Positions 32,635 through 45,118 of a stretch of DNA of 64,000 bases are shown here, in pieces. The translations under genes were made by a program, and so were the position numbers. A model generated the notes under the pieces. The model worked only from the letters and a program-made list of their open reading frames with translations, did not search any database and was not told the DNA's origin. This DNA is from Proteromonas lacertae. Its lineage: Eukaryota. The first letter of the stretch is position 1. Every line of letters starts with the position of its first letter. The stretch lies in assembly GCA_002245135.1 (NCBI GenBank), contig NGBS01000001.1, positions 372,001-436,000 on the forward strand, written 5' to 3'.

Positions 32635-35134
32635 TTATAATCTTCTCACTATCATATTTCTAGCATTTTCTATTTCTTCTCCAGTTCCTTTTATTATTAT
32701 TTTTCTATTCATAATATAAAAAACAAATATACTTATAATGTTCATCAACAAATTCATCTGATTGAGGTAAAATAATTTGTGCTCCACTACTACCAATTAT
32801 ATGATTGATAATACTTCCCTTTTCATCACCAATTATCAGTGGTAATTGAGATGATTTTATTAATATCACTTTACAAGGCATATTATCTTCATCAAAATCA
32901 ATTCTTTCTTCAAATTTCTTCTCAGGACGAGGTGGTTCAGGTTCTGTTCCTTTAATTAATATCACTTCTGGAGGAGGAAGTAATCTTGTTGGATAGGAAG
33001 GAGTTAAATCAAACAGTGACATAATTTTTCTTTTTTTATCTTCCTCTTCAACATTGTTGGATGGATTTGTATTTGAGGTATTGCTTTGATTATTGTCTTT
33101 TGATTGAATTGGTTGATCAAATATGGCGAATAAGTCAGATTCTTCATATATTTTATTACCCTTATCACTTTTACTACTATTGTTGCTGGTTTTGGTATTA
33201 CTTTCTTCGTTCTTCTTTTCTTTACTTACTTCTTCAATTTCTGCTTCTGGATCATATTCCTTTAACTCTTTCTTATCTTCTTCTTCATTCTCATCTTTTT
33301 CACTATCATCATTTTTATTATTATTCTCTAATATAATTGGTATTGGTTTTGGATTTTCATTTATATGAGGTATTGGTATAAGTGATGGTAACTTCGGCAT
33401 TGGAGTAACAGGGAATATATCTACAGATGATGATGTTTGTTCTTTCAAAATTGACTTTAACTCATTATTTCCAGTAGTATTTGTTATTGTTGATTTTATC
33501 TTTTGTATTGATGATGTTGTTGTTATATTATTAACTTCATTTCCACTTCTAGTTATATTCAAATTTGTCTGTGTAGATATTGATGTTGGTGTTGTTGTCA
33601 ATGATTTTGGTTTTTTTCCTCTTTTCTTCAGAGAAGTTCTATCACTATTTGTCTGTTTAGAACTTTTCTTTGTTTTGATGTTTTTTATTGATATTATTTC
33701 ATTATCTATAGAATCATTATCACTATCACTTGTTGAATTATTATTATTATTATTATTATTAGTATAAGACTTTAATGCAGGTTGAACTTTAAATATTTTA
33801 TTTTTTTGTTTTGGTGTAATTGAAGCTACTGATGTATCATAAAACTGTTTTGTTAATATACTATTATTGGATGGTTTATTAGTAGTTCTTGGTATTAACA
33901 CTGTTCTTGGTGATGATAATAAACAGGTTGTAATGGAATATACAATATATTGTAACTTGGGTGTAATTAGACTTGGTAATGGTAAAATGGCATCTTCATT
34001 AATATTCAATTCTTCATATCGTATAGTATTGTTTATAGATTAAAGAAATTAGATAATTAGTGTGTATATAAAGAAATGATATATATTTATATTGACTTTT
34101 ATTATTTATAATAATATCTTCAATAGATTCTAAATGATTCATTTGTCTGTGAAATTTACCTCTGAATGTAATACAAGATTCTCCCAAATCTATTCAATAA
34201 TAAATAATAATCAAAAAATAATACAATATCTAGTTGTCAATGTATAATCTAATCTCTTTTTTAGTTTCTTTATAAATAATATATAAATAATATACAGATA
34301 AAGTGTCAATTATTTCAGATAAAGATTCAATAGGAACAACTACTGTAAGGTTTGATATTGGTTTGATCTATATAATATAATGAAGATAAAACATTATACA
34401 TTATTTAAATTAACAAACATATCACTGACTGCTTTCTTTACTTTAATTGGATCACCACATATTGATATTATATTACTGACAGTTTCAGGATAATAATCAC
34501 CTTCTGATATTGATACTATTAACCCATATTTCTTCATTATATTGCTTATATTACATTATATTAAGGAATTTAAATAATATAATTATTAAAAAAAAGATAT
34601 ATTTTTTCATAATATTCTATTACTTCTAAAAATTCAGTTTGATTTAATAGAAATTTTATTTTTAATTGAAATGGTGCTTCTATTTTTGTATTTGACATTT
34701 TGTTTGATATTCTTCTCTTATAATCTATTCTATCAATACTATTTTCATTATATTCTTCATCTTCTTTATCTTCTACCACTTCTTCTTCTTCTTCTTCTCT
34801 TTCTTCTTCCTCTTCATTTTCTTCTTCCATTGGCTCTTCTTCTTTAATCGATTTGGATCTAATTCCTTTTGAGGATAATTTATCCACTCGAGATGATATT
34901 GAAGATTTTCTTGGTCTTCCTCTCTTTGATGGCGTATTTGAACGCCTTCGTCTTTTAATTGGAGTTCTTATTGCAGTACATATATGTGGTGGACTTTTTT
35001 CGTTTTGTTCTATATTTTGTTGCGGAGTTTCGTCAATAATTGGTGGATTTGCAGGAGAGCTAACAGTTGAAAGAATCTATTTGGCTAATTGAAAAATATA
35101 CTTTAAAAACTTTTCTTTGTCCAATATCAGACAT
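32635..35134 (-). CDS. AT-hook plus degenerate KH-domain protein, multi-exon
   Basis: KRGRPRK near the N-terminus, acidic tract, KH-like ISNIMKKYGLIVSI...ISICG and LIIGDEKGSIINHIIGSSGAQI...IIIKGT. Confidence 0.6.
34545..34600 (-). other. U12-type intron with AT donor and non-AC acceptor (AT-AG, AT-AT or AT-AA)
   Basis: Donor ATATCTTTT at 34600, branch TTCCTTAAT at 34568-34560. Splicing is needed to remove the stop at 34570. Three in-frame acceptors at 34551, 34548 and 34545. Confidence 0.72.
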
Positions 35135-35349
35135 TAACAAATGTTGTTATTATAGTCAAAATTAAGAATTAATATATCAAGCTTTAATCTAAGCTTGACA
35201 ACTAATAATCACCTATATTAGCATGTCATGATATATAATCATTGTATATATTCAACAACAAACATACTTAAAATAAAAATAATAAATAGATAATTAACTT
35301 GTATATAACTTGAATTATGAGATATACAAATATGATACAGGTAATTTCT

Positions 35350-35691
35350 TTATTTAGCAGATGGTGCAGGTGGTGGTTCTGATTTACTCTCACTTGGTTG
35401 TTGAGTTTCACTCTCAGAATCTGAACTATCTGAAGATGAACAGCTAGAACTACTAGAAGATGAACTTTCATCAAATGCACGAGGTTTGTGATATATACAA
35501 CACTCTATGAGCTATAATTTCTAAATTATACTTTTTGAACTTCTTTTACCCATACCTTCGTTATCAACGACATTAGAAAGCCAATTAACGTGTTTACGAT
35601 GTTTCAAATTAATTATTAAAGGTTTTTGCGCAGCAACTATTACTTCTGTTTCAGAAGTAGCACCTCTTTCTTGTGTCGCCGTTGCGTTCAT
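35350..35691 (-). CDS. PPP1R11: Protein phosphatase 1 inhibitor-3 (Ypi1), 2 exons
   Basis: KHVNW (RVxW-type), VVDNEGMGKRSSK, CCIYHKPRAFDESS. Confidence 0.92.
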
Positions 35692-35851
35692 TTATTTGAT
35701 CAAAATAAATAAGAATAGATCAATTTAGAGTGAAAAGAAAAGTCTCTTCAGAAAACCGAATATTAGAAACAGAACACTCTCAATTGTCAGTTTTTCTTCT
35801 CTTTTATTGTTTAGTTTAAATATTTGTGATATTATACGTTTATAATAATAC

Positions 35852-37098
35852 ATGACTACTATTTTACACAAAAGCAAGCTTTTGAATGATTTTTCTAATG
35901 CCATCGCTCAATATTGTTTCTGTATATATATTGCTTCTATAGTATAGTAAATGAAAGTGAAATTGATTCATTACACAAATCGTATATTAAAATTCAGAAA
36001 CTGTATGACTTATGAAGATATATTGTAGATGTCAAAATGGTATTGTGAAACCAACAGATTTAAAGATGTTTTTTGGTTGTGGAGAATTGGGAATTTCAAA
36101 TATACTTTTAGGTAAATACGGTATATATAATCGTTTTATAAATCGCAGATAACTATACATGGGACAATTTTTTCCAGTTTGTGATGATGATTGCAGCATT
36201 ATCAGGAGATTTTGTAATGCCAAGTATATTAATTATGAGTTATAATGTTAGTAATTATGAAATCAACTGGAATTTCTGAAACTACTAAAATAGAATCAGC
36301 TGATGATTTATCCATATTACTAATGTTGGTAGGTACTACCAATGCATATGATTTATTTTGTGCAAATGAGTATATATATTTATTATTTCATTCATTTATA
36401 GAAAATTCGAATATCCCCTAGAACTTGCAGCATTCTTCGATGCTCTACAGCATAAGGAAGAATATTGTCTATCTCTAAGTGTATTTCAAAACTGTCTATA
36501 TACTACAACACTAACAATGGATATTTGGGATTGTATATTACAAAGAAGATTCAATATTGATTTTATACGACAATTTAGGAAAGAACATAATGGTCAAAAC
36601 CCTAAAGAAAACTACTGTCAAAAAGTAATGAGAACATATAAACATAAACCTGATCCTTATGTATTTGATTATGAAGTAACTGAAGAAATGGAACCTCAAG
36701 TGTCTGAATATATATTGAATAATTATTTAATGGTTTATAAACCTTTCTATGATGTTCCTATTCTTCCCATTGATAAAAAAGCAGCATTGAAGAAGAATTA
36801 TAAAGCTCTTACTGGTACAACTAGTGATGCGAATAGTATTGAAGAATTAGGAATGAATTTAACTACTTCTGATTTTTTCTCTGCGAATGGTACACCGAAT
36901 GAAACTTTGCCTCCTCCTGAACCATTGACTTTGACTATAGTTGATCATACACTCAGTCAATATGAATTGTTGGAAGAAAAGAAGAATCTAATTAAACCTT
37001 GTAAGAACATTGATGATAGAGTTATTATTCCATCTGCATTGAAGAAATTTGAGGAAGAAATGGAAAATCTTCCAGGCGTTGTACCTGATTTTGAATAA
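35852..37098 (+). CDS. Hypothetical protein, multi-exon
   Basis: ATG 35852 and short introns lead into ORF 36517-37098. No motif recognised with confidence. Confidence 0.5.
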
Positions 37099-37239
37099 AA
37101 ATCGTAAATAGTGAATATTTATTTATAATGTCTTTTTAAAGGAAACGTTATAGCTGATGTTGATTTGGGTGATTTGATTAAAGTGTTATTTACAATAAAG
37201 GATGATTATGAAATGTAAAAAATGAAAAATAAAAAAATA

Positions 37240-37312
37240 AGTCCGAGCAGGGATTTGAACCCTGAATCGCCTGCTCCGTAGGCAGATGCCTTATCCGTTG
37301 GGCCACACGGAC
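37240..37312 (-). tRNA. tRNA-Arg (ACG)
   Basis: Reverse complement GTCCGTG...CTCGGAC acceptor stem, TGGCCCAACGGATAAGGC D arm, TCTGC-CTACGGA-GCAGG anticodon arm, GTTCAAATCC T loop, T-run terminator downstream. Confidence 0.96.
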
Positions 37313-37377
37313 TTAATGAAAATCAAAAAATTAAGATTTATAAACAAACTGACAAAGTAAAAAAACAGTCAAAAAGA

Positions 37378-40300
37378 ATGAGACCAAGCATTGTAGTTCA
37401 ACCTATAATCACCAATCAATTATTTCGCACACTGAATGATGTGGAAACACCAAGAATGGCTCAGACTCCTTCTGCTCCAAGAAGATCTTCTAAAAGAGAA
37501 AAGTATAATCAATATTGTAATTGAATCATAGTCCAATACGTTCAAAAATATCACTATATAGTTCACCAGCTAGCAGTAATAATAGTACGCCTACTTCCTC
37601 ATTTACTCCTCGTATGTCTAAAAGAACTGTATAATAATAATTATCATCGTAATATTAATACTATTAGTCTGAATTTGCTCGTGGAGGATTAGCATCAAGA
37701 GTTTCAACACTTCAAACTTTTCACAGAAACAGTACTACCAATCTCTTTTTTGCTGGATCTGATTCTACATCGAGAGAGTGGAATATACTCATTCAATGGA
37801 GAAGGTAGATTTGAAGTGAGTAATAATTATAGTAAAAGTTGGAAAATAGGAACAGAACTAACAATTGAGATGTGGTTATTTATTCCTAATAAAATATCAT
37901 CAGTAACATCACCAACACAGCAAAACGAAGGTGATTCAAGTCCAAAGCACAAAATCAGAACACATCGTGGTATTGAGGTGGATAAAGATGGTACATTTCA
38001 TCATTGGTTATGTTGTGGAAGTACTGATCCAAATCCATATGGAATATGTCCAATATATAATGAAAAAAATAGTCAAGTATTTATCAAATAATTATTATTG
38101 TTTTATTGATATATAGGGAGTAGAAACAAGTGGTTCAATAAGATTAATAGAAAATAGATTACATCGACACATTCCTCAATCAGAAATCAAACTAATACAA
38201 GCAGTCTCAGATACTCCATTAATATTAAAAGATTCAGATAATCTCTTACTAAACAGGATATATTCATATTCAAAACAAAAGCCACAACCAATAATCTCCA
38301 GTTGGAGTGATTTAAATCAGTCATTTATTATATATGATTGTGGTCATAGAAATAATGATGAAGATATTGTTGGATTTGGATTGGTATTACAAGATGAATC
38401 AATTCATTGGTTAAGTACTTATACAATTCCAACCAATAAATGGACATTCGTTACTTGTACATTTGATGGTTATTATATGAAGTTGTTTTTAGATGGAGAA
38501 TTAGAATGTCAGACTGAGATTATTAACAAGTTTTATCATATTAATATTAATCCATTTGATGAGATATATATTGGTGGAATGGGAGGTACTATTACAGAAT
38601 CGAATTGTTTTACTGGTTTTATATCACATGTGATGATTTGGAGAGTTTGTAGAAAGAAGAATGAAATAATAAAAGATATGAATATTGATAATCCAATTAA
38701 TAATCATTCTCCTGTATTTATATATACGTTTATTATTACTCAAAATAGTTGCCAATAATTGATAATGAATATAATTTAATAGTGAATTTATGTTTTAGAA
38801 CTGTATATATATTTATATATATTTATATTTTTGTTATTTTTTTTAATAGAATGAATTCATACCTGGTTTATTTGATGTATCTTATCATCACAATAGAGGT
38901 AATAGAGTAGGAAATATATTATGGAAGAAGTTTAATACAAGTGATTCATTATCAGCAACAGTATAATATACACATTTATTACATTAGATAAATGATGATA
39001 GTAGCAGTATGAGTTCATTAAACAGGTTGTTATTGGCTAAGAAACTAGTAAGTAAAAATGTTGTAATCATATTTATACATTGTATCAATTGTGAGTATCA
39101 TAATATGACAACTAATCATATACCAGGACAATATGAATCAACAGCCAATAATATCATTGAAGAAATCAAGAAGAATCCTTTATTTTGGTATATTTATTTT
39201 ATTATTTTATTATTATTATTATGTTGGATAGTAAATGGCCAATTGAGAGAAATCCTGATTATATACCTCCAAGATTAGGTCAATTTGAAATAATCATTAA
39301 ACATGATGAATTAGAAGAAGGATCAACAAGAAAAGTAACTAGTAGAATATTTAGTCAGTATAATTTAACCAATAAAGACTTTCCAACACCTGAGAATGTT
39401 ATAAAGAAATTAGATGATTATATTTATTCATTATTAACGAAACAATCATCAGCAAAACAGAAAGTATTGAGTAATATTGATAATTTAATAAATGAAGCAA
39501 AGCCTGCTTTGTTTAATATAGCTCAAAAGTATATTTCAATACTTATATTTATGTTTAGATTATATACAATCGAGAGTTCTGAAGAATTTGGTAAGTTATT
39601 ATTACAAGCAGATATACAGAATGTAAATTACATTCTATTGACAGACTTAGTGAATATTTTAAAGAAATTTGATGTTACACTAACTCATAGAGAAGGATTA
39701 TTATTATGTAAAACGTTTCAATCAAAAGAAGCACCAGTTAATATATCCTATATTTCATATAAAGACTTTTATAAATGTTATGAAACTGTAAGAACTAATT
39801 TAATTAATCCATCTATTAATTTAACACCAAACAGTATGATTTATGTTCCAAGACAGAATATAACCATGTTTAGAATTCAAGTATATATATTTATATATTT
39901 GTTTATCTAATGAATATAGTGGGATAAGATAAATGATCAAAAATATAAAGATACAATTCATACTTCATTGTATTTGATAGGTAGAGATAGACAAATATAT
40001 ATCATTTTTTTCATTAATATTTAATCATTAAGAAAATCTTTAATTGATATAATAGATAGTGTTTCTTATCAACATAATGCAAGTATAACAGAAGGAATAT
40101 CTTTTACCAAACTCAGTACAAATGTATAATAATAATTCTATTAATAATCTTTATAATAGAATTGTGATGATAATACTGCATTAAATGAAGAAAGATATAT
40201 ACTACAAACAGATATAATTAATCCAGAAGTATTTGGATTAATCTTCACAATAAGTGGCTGGAAATCATTAACATGTATTCATGATATAAAGTTCAGTGGA

Positions 40301-43209
40301 TATGAATGGGATTATAAATTACCACCCACTTGTACTGATGATAATGTATGTTTTGATTATGAGAATATATCACTTTTATCTCCATCAGTAATCAACAGTA
40401 GAATCTCTAAAGTTGAGAATTTGTTAAGTAATCCATTCTTATTATATCATACACAAGTTCCAAATGTAAGACATCCAGATCCTACTCAAGTATTAATCAT
40501 TTTATTTCTATTTTGAATAGTATGTGTTTCTGTCTACAATGTATAGAGGATATATGAAACATCAATGGACTTTAAAGACTATGAATAATATTATATATAC
40601 TCCTGATTCAACTGATATTGTAGAAAGAATACCAGCTTTATTGAATGATTTGAAATGTGAGTATAAAGATATATTGTATATAAATTACTGTAAGAATTGT
40701 CATCAACATCAAATCACAACAAGACATGTGTATTGGTTATTTATTATTTATTAATTATTATAGAGAAAAAGAGTTTATTGATTATTTCAATTTAATAAAA
40801 GGTGTGATAGAAAAACAATATCCTAATGTTATTGTTATTGATAGTGAAGAAATGTCTCAATACACAGGGAAAACGTATAAACTTATTATTATCTATTATT
40901 ATTATTATTATTTAGTAATAAACATAAACATCATAAAAGATTAGGACAATTTGAAGTTCATTTGTGGAGACCATCCAGTTGGACTAATCAATTGATTTAC
41001 AGTGCATGTAATAATAATGGTAAATTACCAGAAATTAATTACATTTTACATTCATTAAAGTCAATAATAAAAACAGCAGTATTACATCCAATACCAGAGA
41101 CAAATCGCGGAGTAGTGAATATAAGAGTATTAGATAGTGTGACAAACAAATTCTTACCTGGTGCAAATATATATCTATATAAAGTAGAATTATTAACATC
41201 TGAAAAACTATTGGTATAATCATTTATAATAATAATAATAATAGCAATGTATTGCATTGAAGAATTATGATAAATCTCTTCCTGATTACTTAAGTAATAT
41301 GGATAATATAACTGAGCTAGATGATGATTTATGTGGTGGTGATATAGAGAATACAAAAGAAGAAGCAGAAGAAGAAATGAATGAAGAATCTAATACTTAT
41401 AGTGGAAGTATATTACCAGATGATGATTGGGTTGAATGGTTAATTAGTCCAAATAACATTGAATATAGAGTAAGATTATATTCTGTAATTTATTTTGCAA
41501 CTATTCTTTCTACTGGATTATGTTCAAGACCATTATTATTGATGTTATTTTCAGATCCAAAGAACAATAAGAAAATACCAATCAAATATCAGTTACATGT
41601 TTGTTATATGTGTAGTATATTCAGAAGTGATAATAGTTTGTTGAAATATTTTGAAAAATTGGTAATGCCAAGGAATTATAATGATGCAGAGTTTTATAGT
41701 ATATTTTACTAATTATTATTTTTATTATATGAATAGATTATATTGGAATAAATTGGTATGATCTTTGTCAAGCATTTGAGAATAGTCTGTTTAGATATTT
41801 TCGTAAGAAATGCAAGAATGGTAATGATATAGAAGCAATCAAATACGCACAATCAACATCTGAAGAGAATAATAGTAAAAGAGAAATAACTGATTCAGAT
41901 GTATATATATTTATATGTTATTATTATAATTATTATAGGGTTTATTTAGTGAAAGAATCATTCTTGGTACTTATTATGGAATATGTACAGCACCAGGTTA
42001 TACAACAGAAATCATTCATCCAATCAAAATCAGTATAATCTTGTATATAATTATGATAGCCACTTCAAGTGATTCAAAAATGACAATAGTTCCATTAAAA
42101 CCATTACAATTTAGTATTTCAATTACACCTGTACTTGATAATGGAGAACCACTGCCATGTGATAATTTAGAGATTTTACTTTACAATATTAACTACAATA
42201 TCAAAGAAATAATGTATATTTTGCAAAAACTAATTATATTTAATAGTTCTGATATTGATACATCAACACATAAAGCAAATTTCATTCTACCCAAAGGATC
42301 ATATTCACTCATAATTAGAACAAAATCAAGTCCAACTAATTTGTGTAAAAGAAGAGAATGTTTAAATGTTATTTGTGATAATATCAACTACAAAGTATAA
42401 CTACATCAAAGTATATTATATATAGATTCCTGTTTTACCTCCAAAGATTGTAGTTAAGATAGTTCCAGTTGACATATCTAATGGAGAAATGATAAGTGGA
42501 TGTAATTTCCAAGTTGTTTCTAATAAAGACAATTCAGTCATAATGAGTTCTAATGAAGAAAAAAGAACATCCAAAGCATCTGTAACTGAGTATTATGAAT
42601 TAATGATGGGAAGTTACACAGTTAATTGTACAAATAGTGAGAAGAGTGGTTATATTTATTCAGTATATTTTTAAAAGTAATATATTTTATAATAATAAAT
42701 AGTCATTAGTATATGATATTGAATTTACTCAAAGACATATATTATATCCATGTTTTCCAATATCACAACTGGAAGACAAAGATATGTTTATTACTTTAAT
42801 ATGGGATGGATTTCCTACTGATATTGACTTACACTTAACTATAAGTGAGAAAAACTTCTCAAATGCAAGTGTTCATGTGTGGCCAGGCCAAGCGAAGAGT
42901 AATTTTGCATCAATGTTGGTAGATTATGGGATTAAAATGGGACCACAAACAATAAAACTGCAGACAGATGAATCTGAAGTATATCATCTATCAGCAGTTC
43001 AATTCAGTAAAGGAGGAGATTTAAAGAGTTCTAATTTGAAGTGTTTCATTGTTAATAATAAAGGAATAGTTAAAATGATAGATATAAATGAAGCAAAAGA
43101 AGCTGAAGGACTGTATTGGAATATTTGTAACTTCACAATCACTGAGGATAATGGTGAAGCATTTTTCATTGATATCAATCAGATTTGTGATGATATATCT
43201 TTTGATTAG
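37378..43209 (+). CDS. Large multidomain protein: LamG-like, two CxxC Rdx/SelW-like modules, EF-hand-like, TerD-like, IQ-like, beta-sandwiches, YfaP-like C-terminus
   Basis: About 20 short introns link the ORFs. LTIEMW...WTFVTCTFDG...LFLDG (LamG); HCINCEYH...PRLGQFEI and YCKNCHQH...RLGQFEV; ITLIWDGFPTDIDLHL...GPQTI. Some junctions not fully traced, so it could be more than one gene. Confidence 0.55.
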
Positions 43210-43325
43210 TCGTTTTATAGTCATTGTTGTGTTTTACATCACTTAAAAAATAAATCCGTTTCACAAACCTCTTCGTCAAACTTCGCATTTTTTCTCACCA
43301 ATAATTATATATATAATTTGAATAT

Positions 43326-43654
43326 ATGTCATCTGAAGTTTCAAGTACAACACCACCTCCTATTGAAAGGTTTAGAGTGAAAGAGTGGAAATCCGTGGCT
43401 CAATGGTCTTGGGATATAGTAGTAGACACATGTGCTATTTGTAGAGGTCCAATTATGGAATTATGTCTTGATTGTCAAGCTAATAATGCCACAGCTAAAG
43501 ATTGTACTGTATTCCTTATTGTTTAACGTATTAGGTTGCTTGGGGAACTTGTAATCACGCATTTCATTTTCACTGCATCAATAGATGGCTTGCTACTAGA
43601 CAAGTTTGTCCATTAGATAACACAGAATGGGAGTTTCAAAAGTATGGTAGTTAA
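43326..43654 (+). CDS. RBX1: RING-box protein 1, 2 exons
   Basis: [14 protein letters not shown]...CQAN...|[38 protein letters not shown]. Confidence 0.96.
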
Positions 43655-43712
43655 ATTATTTTCTTCGTATAAAAAGTGTTTGTTAAGAAAAAATAAATTA
43701 AAATAATAACGT

Positions 43713-44784
43713 CTAACTAATTTTGAGATTATTCTGTTTAAGTATCAATAGTTGTTTTATAAAATTAGTAAATTCTTTCTCAGTACAATCAAATGATAAC
43801 TTAGGATTGTCATCACTGATGAAGGAGTTGTGAGAAACAATTATCTTCATTTTATCCCATAATTCATTATCAAGATCAAACTCTTCATAATGCTTATAAA
43901 AAATGTCTCTATATCTTTTATCAAAATACCTAAACTCACTGATATTTAACTCACTAGTGATTAACTAAGTAATAGATAAATGTGATTTTTATACACTATT
44001 CTTTCCTATATATTTTATTCTCTGTAACCTTTGAGGATATGAATATCTCTTATAACCTTTATTGGTTGTTACATCTTTTATTGGAGCAGTTTTTATACTA
44101 TTTTTAGTAAAAGTATAATAATTAAAATAATACAATTTATAGTAATGTTTTTCCAATTTTTGATAATCTCTAAATCTAACTATAAAATCTGCAATATTAT
44201 CATATTTTTCGTCATTTATGTTTTCATAGAATTGCTCTATACTTTCATTAGTAATATTAGCTTTCTTGAGAAGAGAAACTAGATTACTTGAATAAATATT
44301 ATTCCATTTACTTACATTACTTTTCATTGGAATAGTTCTAGTTTCTATAACCAATATTGATTATACTTAAGCAATGATGTTGGAATAATAATATCATGAT
44401 TTATTAGTTTAATAGTTTCTGATTTTATTTGTGGTTTTAGATAGAAATGCAATGAATATTTTGGTAAAGGATCTAAAAGAATATATAATGACTGTTATAA
44501 AATAGATACAGGAAATAGGTGTAAATAATTGGTAACTAATGTTCATATATGGTTTGAGAGAGTTTATGAATGAATTTAATTCCTATATCATTAAATATTG
44601 TTCATTGACATACTTTAAGTGATTGTGTATTTGTTAGAACATATTTTTCGCCGTAAGAAGTAAAGAAATCTGGATGAACCTTTAGGTATAACTGTTTTAA
44701 TCCATATTCAATATGCTTGTTGATTGATGCGGTAGGAGGTCTTTTTGGAAATGATGAAACTCTTCTTAAAAAGATGAAATACAT
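43713..44784 (-). CDS. DUF4460/TCAIM-like mitochondrial J-domain-related protein, multi-exon
   Basis: Presequence followed by LKQLYLKVHPDFF...N..SL, typical of the DUF4460 N-terminus. Confidence 0.7.
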
Positions 44785-45118
44785 GAATACATGAAAAATG
44801 TATTAATGTGTATTAAATTGTATTCATTAAATATTCATATTTTGTTATTAATTTAGTCATTTTCTGAGTTTAGATGCTTATACAAAAGATGTTCAACTTT
44901 TACATTTGAATATCGAAGGCTATAACCGATATGTAAATATTGACATTCAGTAAGTCAAACAAAACTTGAAATTACTTTTTGAGTTTACATTGGCTAATAG
45001 CTGTTTATATAACATATCATTTTGTGGAACGAAATAAAAAGAATATTCTGATATATAGATATTAAAAATTTGTGTAGAGGTTGTTTAATTTCATATCTAA
45101 CAATTTAGAATTTGTACC

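Noticed and set aside
36517..37098. Resemblance to flagellar CFAP119
   Set aside because: Only a vague Y...Y...YK.F pattern, not enough to name without a profile search.
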